Source: a virus. From it: a stretch of 64,000 nt of DNA. The notes under the pieces are model-generated. The model was given only the letters and a program-made list of their open reading frames with translations. It was not told the DNA's origin and did not search any database. The position numbers and the translations under genes are program-made. The stretch covers positions 3,642 through 67,641 of IMG/VR virus record IMGVR_UViG_3300037420_000246. The stretch is one strand, 5' to 3'. Every line of letters begins with the position of its first letter. Positions within the stretch are counted from its first letter, which is position 1. Of the stretch, positions 60,180 to 64,000 are shown in pieces.

Positions 60180-60200
60180 GGCGTCTTTCTATCCTTCTGG
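60180..60200 (+). terminator. Weak terminator-like hairpin
   Basis: ACGCC-CCACA-GGCGT followed by CTTTCT. Confidence 0.3.
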
Positions 60201-60337
60201 CTGGAGCCTGTAAAACAGTCTCCCTTGCTCGATTGAGTCTCGCAAGTAGGTAGACATCAACACAGGGCTGAAAACGTCTCTATGGGGCTGTAAACATGTT
60301 TAAACGATATGTCCATTACATGAACAGGTGAGGAAGA

Positions 60338-60511
60338 ATGAACAACACATTACCAACACCATATGATGCAGGGTATGATCATTTCCTGAACGGCGGAACA
60401 TTGGATTATGAGCCAATCAACAACGAAGCTGATAGGCAGTTTCGGGCAGGGTGGGAACAGGCGAGAATTGATGATTTTGTGCATGCCATAGTATTTGTGA
60501 GGGAAGAATGA
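60338..60511 (+). CDS. Hypothetical small protein (57 aa)
   Basis: Not in track; SD AGGTGAGGAAGAATG. Confidence 0.4.
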   Translation: MNNTLPTPYDAGYDHFLNGGTLDYEPINNEADRQFRAGWEQARIDDFVHAIVFVREE

Positions 60512-60864
60512 AACTAACAGACAAAGGGCTTTCCGAATATTGGAACAGTTTGCTAGATCGGAGAATGCCTGAAGGGCGCGAAGTGGAACGCCTTATTAGT
60601 GTGATGAAAGGCTTTTACTTTAGCTATTGCATCCATAATGAAACTCTCAATCAAAACCACGAGCAAGGGCTGATTGAGTTTCACAGCAGCAAACGCCCAT
60701 ACGGAAACAAAGATATTCCTGCATCGATTGCATTTAATCTTGGATGGGACTACAAGCGGCAATTATGTTATTATGCATTGCCTGATGAAATTGAGGCAAT
60801 TGCAGAAGATTTGCACAAGAAGGTTTTGGAAGAGCTTAAAAAGAATACGTCTCTTTATGTGTGA
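60508..60864 (+). CDS. Hypothetical protein
   Basis: 118 aa ORF. Confidence 0.55.
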   Translation: MKLTDKGLSEYWNSLLDRRMPEGREVERLISVMKGFYFSYCIHNETLNQNHEQGLIEFHSSKRPYGNKDIPASIAFNLGWDYKRQLCYYALPDEIEAIAEDLHKKVLEELKKNTSLYV

Positions 60865-60873
60865 GGGGAGACA

Positions 60874-61080
60874 ATGAGCCGAAACAAACGAGAAGGGCGC
60901 TATGCTGGGAAGTTTAAAGGGTATGAAAATAAGAGTCGTCATCGTCCCACAGGGTTAGATGGCTCTGCTCGTATTTTCTCGTGCAAGCCAGCTCGGCGGT
61001 ATGGATTGCAAAGTAGTTTGCAGCCTATTTATGATTTACTGTTGCAAAGTTTTCAACAGTGTGTTAGCTTATCAGCATGA
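60874..61080 (+). CDS. Hypothetical basic protein
   Basis: 68 aa ORF. Confidence 0.45.
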   Translation: MSRNKREGRYAGKFKGYENKSRHRPTGLDGSARIFSCKPARRYGLQSSLQPIYDLLLQSFQQCVSLSA

Positions 61081-61107
61081 TAAATCACAACAAGAAAGGA
61101 ATGCGCT

Positions 61108-61539
61108 ATGTATAAACGTCTCGTCAGCTTTATTCTCGTTTCAGCCTCTCTTGCAGCATGTGGTGGAGGAGGAACTAACGTTCCTGATAATTCCCAAGCC
61201 ATCAAGGATGCACTAGGCGGCATCACTGTTCCGGGTGGAGGCACAAACACTCCAGCATATACAGGGGCTGTTGTAGCTGTTGACGGCGTAGGTATTGGCT
61301 ACATTTCGGGCAAGGATGAACGCTCTGTTGTGGCGAATGCTGTGGCTCCTATTGTCGCCAATGTTGCACAGAATCAAGCTTTGTACAACAAGCTTCTGTC
61401 AGATGCGGGGCTGAACGTCACAGTGTTTGGCGACATCATTGGACATTCCAGCATCACAGGAGCGCCATTGTATGCGCCTGATAGCCATTACACTGTGAAG
61501 CTGGCGAAGGATGGGACATTGGGGATTGTGAAGAAATGA
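61108..61539 (+). CDS. Lipoprotein (Gly/Ala/Val-rich)
   Basis: Signal peptide with lipobox LAAC (MYKRLVSFILVSASLAACGGGG); 143 aa. Confidence 0.6.
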   Translation: MYKRLVSFILVSASLAACGGGGTNVPDNSQAIKDALGGITVPGGGTNTPAYTGAVVAVDGVGIGYISGKDERSVVANAVAPIVANVAQNQALYNKLLSDAGLNVTVFGDIIGHSSITGAPLYAPDSHYTVKLAKDGTLGIVKK

Positions 61540-61561
61540 CGAGGAACAGGACACGAAGAGG

Positions 61562-61590
61562 GAGCCGCAAGGCTCCTTTGTTGTTTCTGC
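61562..61590 (+). terminator. Rho-independent terminator
   Basis: GGAGCC-GCAA-GGCTCC followed by TTTGTTGTTT. Confidence 0.55.
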
Positions 61591-61667
61591 TCAAGGTATG
61601 TCGGAACACATTCCACTATTCTGTGCTCGTGACAAGCCATTGTCATTTCCAAGTAATGACCTCCTTT

Positions 61668-61699
61668 TGGGCCGGACCATACCATCCGGCCTTTTTCTT
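61668..61699 (+). terminator. Rho-independent terminator
   Basis: GGCCGGA-CCATACCA-TCCGGCC followed by TTTTTCTTTT. Confidence 0.6.
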
Positions 61700-61758
61700 T
61701 TGTGCAACTACAACGCACGTTGCACGGATGCCACACATAAAAATGTTATGAAATGCTC

Positions 61759-61786
61759 TTGCATTCTTATTTGAGTGTGGTATGCT
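61759..61786 (+). promoter_or_regulatory. Early promoter TTGCAT-N16-TATGCT + TCTCTACATGG downstream box
   Basis: Second copy of the promoter/5'UTR cassette. Confidence 0.45.
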
Positions 61787-61837
61787 TCTCTACATGGCAG
61801 GTCAACAGAGCCGAGAGGCACACAACAGGAGAACATC

Positions 61838-62029
61838 ATGGTCAAACTCGTCAACGCAAAGGCTGCACAAAAATTCCACGTAAGCACAGCCACAGATGAT
61901 TGCACCGTGGAAGCTGGCGATACAGTGGTAGTTATCGAAAAGGTTGACTTGCACACATATCGGATAGAAGTAAAGAACGGTATGCGCTGCATTGTGAACG
62001 AAGACCTATTGATTTTCAATCAATGCTAA
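61838..62029 (+). CDS. Hypothetical protein
   Basis: ATG 61838 with SD CAGGAG downstream of predicted TSS; track ORF 61775 would start inside the promoter. Confidence 0.5.
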   Translation: MVKLVNAKAAQKFHVSTATDDCTVEAGDTVVVIEKVDLHTYRIEVKNGMRCIVNEDLLIFNQC

Positions 62030-62052
62030 CCAGAACCAACAGGAGAAATGAC

Positions 62053-62187
62053 ATGACCAAGAAAGAGCTTGTAGCACTCGTCACGAAGTTTGGCGGGTGG
62101 ATGGAAGGCGATGTTGCACGGTTTCCCTCTGTGTATCAGAAGGAGCAGTTTGAGAAAGCGCTTGCTGCGAGCAAGGCGAAAATATAG
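62053..62187 (+). CDS. Hypothetical small protein (44 aa)
   Basis: Not in track; SD AGGAGAAATGACATG. Confidence 0.35.
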   Translation: MTKKELVALVTKFGGWMEGDVARFPSVYQKEQFEKALAASKAKI

Positions 62188-62229
62188 CAGAATTCAACGA
62201 ACCACAATTCAAACATTCAGGAGAATAAA

Positions 62230-62361
62230 ATGTTTCTGTTCAAACGTGAAACGGGAAGTATGGGCGGCTGGGAATTCGTCTCTTACGTGGAGAACGCCCC
62301 ACAAGAATTGACCAGCACTACCCACGAGTATTGCTATTTCTTCATCAGCACAGAAGTGTGA
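62230..62361 (+). CDS. Hypothetical small protein (43 aa)
   Basis: Not in track; SD CAGGAGAATAAAATG. Confidence 0.35.
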   Translation: MFLFKRETGSMGGWEFVSYVENAPQELTSTTHEYCYFFISTEV

Positions 62362-62480
62362 GCGAATTCTATTGCAATTCAGAGCCATCTAGGCGTTTTC
62401 TCGGCTGGGTGGCACTCGGATAGCACTTCGTGCCCGTTCGTTGAATGTGGCGTTATTTTGTGAAGATGAAAGGGGAAACA

Positions 62481-62798
62481 ATGAAACTGATAACAAAACA
62501 ATCGAAGGTGAAGGGAGCTATTCAAAGTTTCCTGAACAATTATCCATTATACAATAAGTCCAGTGCTCCATTCTACACACAAGAGCGTTACAACAAAGTA
62601 GTGGCACTCGATCCTGAGACGGCTACACCAGAGGATATTGAGATGGTGTTAAATCCTTCGTGGGTACAATGTATGTGCTACGAGTGTGGATGTTGTGTTG
62701 ATGCTGTGGTACAGATGGGACAAGAGCCGGATTATGAGAGTATTTGGGTGGAGGTTTGTAAGGGGTGTTTGCAGAGGGCTTTGGGGATGGTGGATTGA
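62481..62798 (+). CDS. Hypothetical Cys-rich protein
   Basis: ATG 62481 with SD AAAGGGGAAACAATG; CMCYECGCC...CKGC. Confidence 0.5.
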   Translation: MKLITKQSKVKGAIQSFLNNYPLYNKSSAPFYTQERYNKVVALDPETATPEDIEMVLNPSWVQCMCYECGCCVDAVVQMGQEPDYESIWVEVCKGCLQRALGMVD

Positions 62799-63115
62799 GA
62801 ATGCACATCAAATACCCGCTTTAAGCGGGGTTTCTATTATCTATGATTATCGTTGCACTCTTGCACCACAAAAATTAGTCTTACTCGCTGGCGCTCGCGC
62901 TTAAAGCATTGCACACAAACCAATCTTATCTATTCGTTGCACTGCGCGAGCCGTAGGCGAGAGGAGGGCAACACAGAGCGAAGCGATGGTTATCTGTTCC
63001 TCTGTGGAGGCGAAGCCGTAGCAGAGATAAGGTAAGAATGATTGTCTTAAGGATTGAACGTCCTTAAGTTATCTTTTCTCTTATCTATTCTCTTATCTGT
63101 TAGTACGGTAAAAAA

Positions 63116-63184
63116 GCGGGGTTTTGCACCTCTCTAATGCGGGGTTATCAACCTCTCTAAAGCGGGGTTTTGCACTCCTACGAC
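63116..63184 (+). repeat. Tandem 23-bp direct repeats GCGGGGTT(T/A)T(G/C)CA(C)CTCTCTAA(T/A)
   Basis: GCGGGG at 63116, 63139, 63162 (period 23) plus palindromic copies at 62817-62836 and 63197-63216. Confidence 0.55.
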
Positions 63185-63229
63185 ATATCCTAATACCCGC
63201 TTTAAGCGGGGTTTATGCATTCTGTAAGC

Positions 63230-63258
63230 TTGACAAATAGCATTGTTCATGTTACAAT
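63230..63258 (+). promoter_or_regulatory. Consensus sigma70 promoter TTGACA-N17-TACAAT
   Basis: TTGACA 63230-63235, 17-nt spacer, TACAAT 63253-63258; 30 nt upstream of ATG 63289. Confidence 0.6.
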
Positions 63259-63288
63259 GTTTCTGTAGTAAATCAATCAAGGAAAATT

Positions 63289-63474
63289 ATGCAACTTAAT
63301 CTTAACCCGGAAGTTGCCATCTGGATAGATGCGAACAGAGGCGAACTGTCTAGGCAAAAGTTTATTCTAACTCTTGTCAAGAAAATGATGTTGCAGGATA
63401 CTCAATCTACTAAGGATAACAATGGAAAAAACAATCTCCCCAATGGAGCTATCCACGCTCCTGTGCAAGAGTAA
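63289..63474 (+). CDS. Small DNA-binding regulator, ribbon-helix-helix-like
   Basis: 61 aa; N-terminal beta strand QLNLNPEV then two helices (AIWIDANRGELSRQKFILTLVKKMM); first gene after consensus promoter. Confidence 0.45.
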   Translation: MQLNLNPEVAIWIDANRGELSRQKFILTLVKKMMLQDTQSTKDNNGKNNLPNGAIHAPVQE

Positions 63475-63931
63475 TGATTCTTGTGTCAATCTGTCACTCG
63501 CAGAATTCCGCGTGCTGACATACCTCCTAGCCTGCGCCAATACCAAAGATGGTGAAGGATATAAATGCTGGCCCAGTACAGACGCTATATCCGAACATAC
63601 AGGCATACACATCAAAACAGTTGAGAAAGTAAGAAAGACACTCGTTGACAACGGCTGGATGCAGTATAAATCCGGCAAAGGTAAGGGAAACTGCAACACT
63701 TATTATGTTAATGGGTTTAAGATTGTCGAGTGCTACATTAAATCCGGCAATGAACGGCCAAAGGGTGCGATTGCTGCTGCAAACCTAGAGGCACCTAAGA
63801 AGGTACGAGACCGCAACATTAAGGGCTTGAAGCAAGGTAAGAGCACGCCAGTGCAGGAGAAGCCTGTAGAACCTCCTAAGCCAGCAAATAATGCGTATGA
63901 CCATTATGATAGCGACGAACCGCCGTTCTAG
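63422..63931 (+). CDS. Winged-helix DNA-binding protein, replication-initiator/organiser-like N-terminal domain
   Basis: LSLAEFRVLTYLLACANTKDGEGYKCWPSTDAISEHTGIHIKTVEKVRKTLVDNGWM wHTH-like; basic linker; acidic C-terminus DSDEPPF; overlaps upstream gene by 53 nt. Confidence 0.45.
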   Translation: MEKTISPMELSTLLCKSNDSCVNLSLAEFRVLTYLLACANTKDGEGYKCWPSTDAISEHTGIHIKTVEKVRKTLVDNGWMQYKSGKGKGNCNTYYVNGFKIVECYIKSGNERPKGAIAAANLEAPKKVRDRNIKGLKQGKSTPVQEKPVEPPKPANNAYDHYDSDEPPF

Positions 63932-63939
63932 CATACATT

Positions 63940-63960
63940 GCCGCCCGAAGGCGGCTTTTG
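63940..63960 (+). terminator. Rho-independent terminator
   Basis: GCCGCC-CGAA-GGCGGC followed by TTTTGC; same stem as 55008 terminator. Confidence 0.6.
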
Positions 63961-64000
63961 CTATTGTACCATACAAACAACACTCTTAAGGGACAAACAT

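Noticed and set aside
63111-63220. 23-24-bp direct repeats considered as a CRISPR array
   Set aside because: Only 3-5 copies. The repeats are contiguous or irregularly spaced with no unique spacers of constant length, and there are no cas genes. They look like iteron or operator-type repeats.
63426-63432. Slippery heptamer A AAA AAC inside the overlap between the RHH gene (63289..63474) and the downstream wHTH gene, considered as a -1 PRF site
   Set aside because: The wHTH ORF is in the +1 frame relative to the RHH gene. The -1 frame from this site hits a stop at 63516 without joining any ORF, so the heptamer is coincidental.

Overview
The window reads as a continuous piece of a large tailed (siphovirus-like) bacteriophage genome, lytic or prophage, at roughly mid-40s % GC, with no ribosomal or host housekeeping genes. 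There are three blocks.

(1) Nt 1-16440, + strand: virion and lysis genes. These comprise a Ser/Thr/Gly-rich structural protein (partial, running off the window edge), four small neck/tail-completion proteins, a putative major tail protein, tail assembly chaperones G/GT with a lambda-type GGGAAAG -1 frameshift, a 1937-aa tape measure protein, tail tip and fibre proteins, and a lysis cassette (papain-like peptidase, holin-like proteins, GH19 endolysin).

(2) Nt 16587-44058, - strand: a long leftward operon of DNA replication and nucleotide metabolism. It includes a family-B DNA polymerase, a TOPRIM-DnaB primase-helicase, a 5'-3' flap exonuclease, a DnaQ-like exonuclease, an SSB-like protein, ribonucleotide reductase with glutaredoxin, a MazG-like pyrophosphatase and ThyX. 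Mixed in are accessory genes: an HNH endonuclease, a zinc-ribbon/T5orf172 homing-endonuclease-like gene, an SPFH-domain lipoprotein and a secreted SleB-like hydrolase.

(3) Nt 44258-63931, + strand: more than 60 small early genes. They are driven by a family of near-consensus sigma70 promoters and punctuated by hairpin terminators, two lipoprotein genes, a RelA/SpoT-HD small alarmone hydrolase, GC-rich moron-like islands, three ~450-bp non-coding islands (two share a conserved 30-nt motif, one carries 3 x 24-bp iterons), and a repeat-rich region upstream of a ribbon-helix-helix regulator and a winged-helix initiator-like gene.

Blocks 2 and 3 are transcribed divergently from a compact region (44059-44257) with consensus promoters on both strands.

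The most novel candidates are the two conserved-motif non-coding islands, the iteron and repeat arrays (candidate origins or regulatory hubs), the duplicated promoter/5'UTR cassette family, the pairing of two (p)ppGpp-targeting enzymes (MazG-like plus a small alarmone hydrolase), the SPFH-lipoprotein/small-TM gene pair, and SSB-tip-like acidic C-termini on two replication proteins.

All functional calls rest on motif recognition by eye and gene context; no database searches were run.
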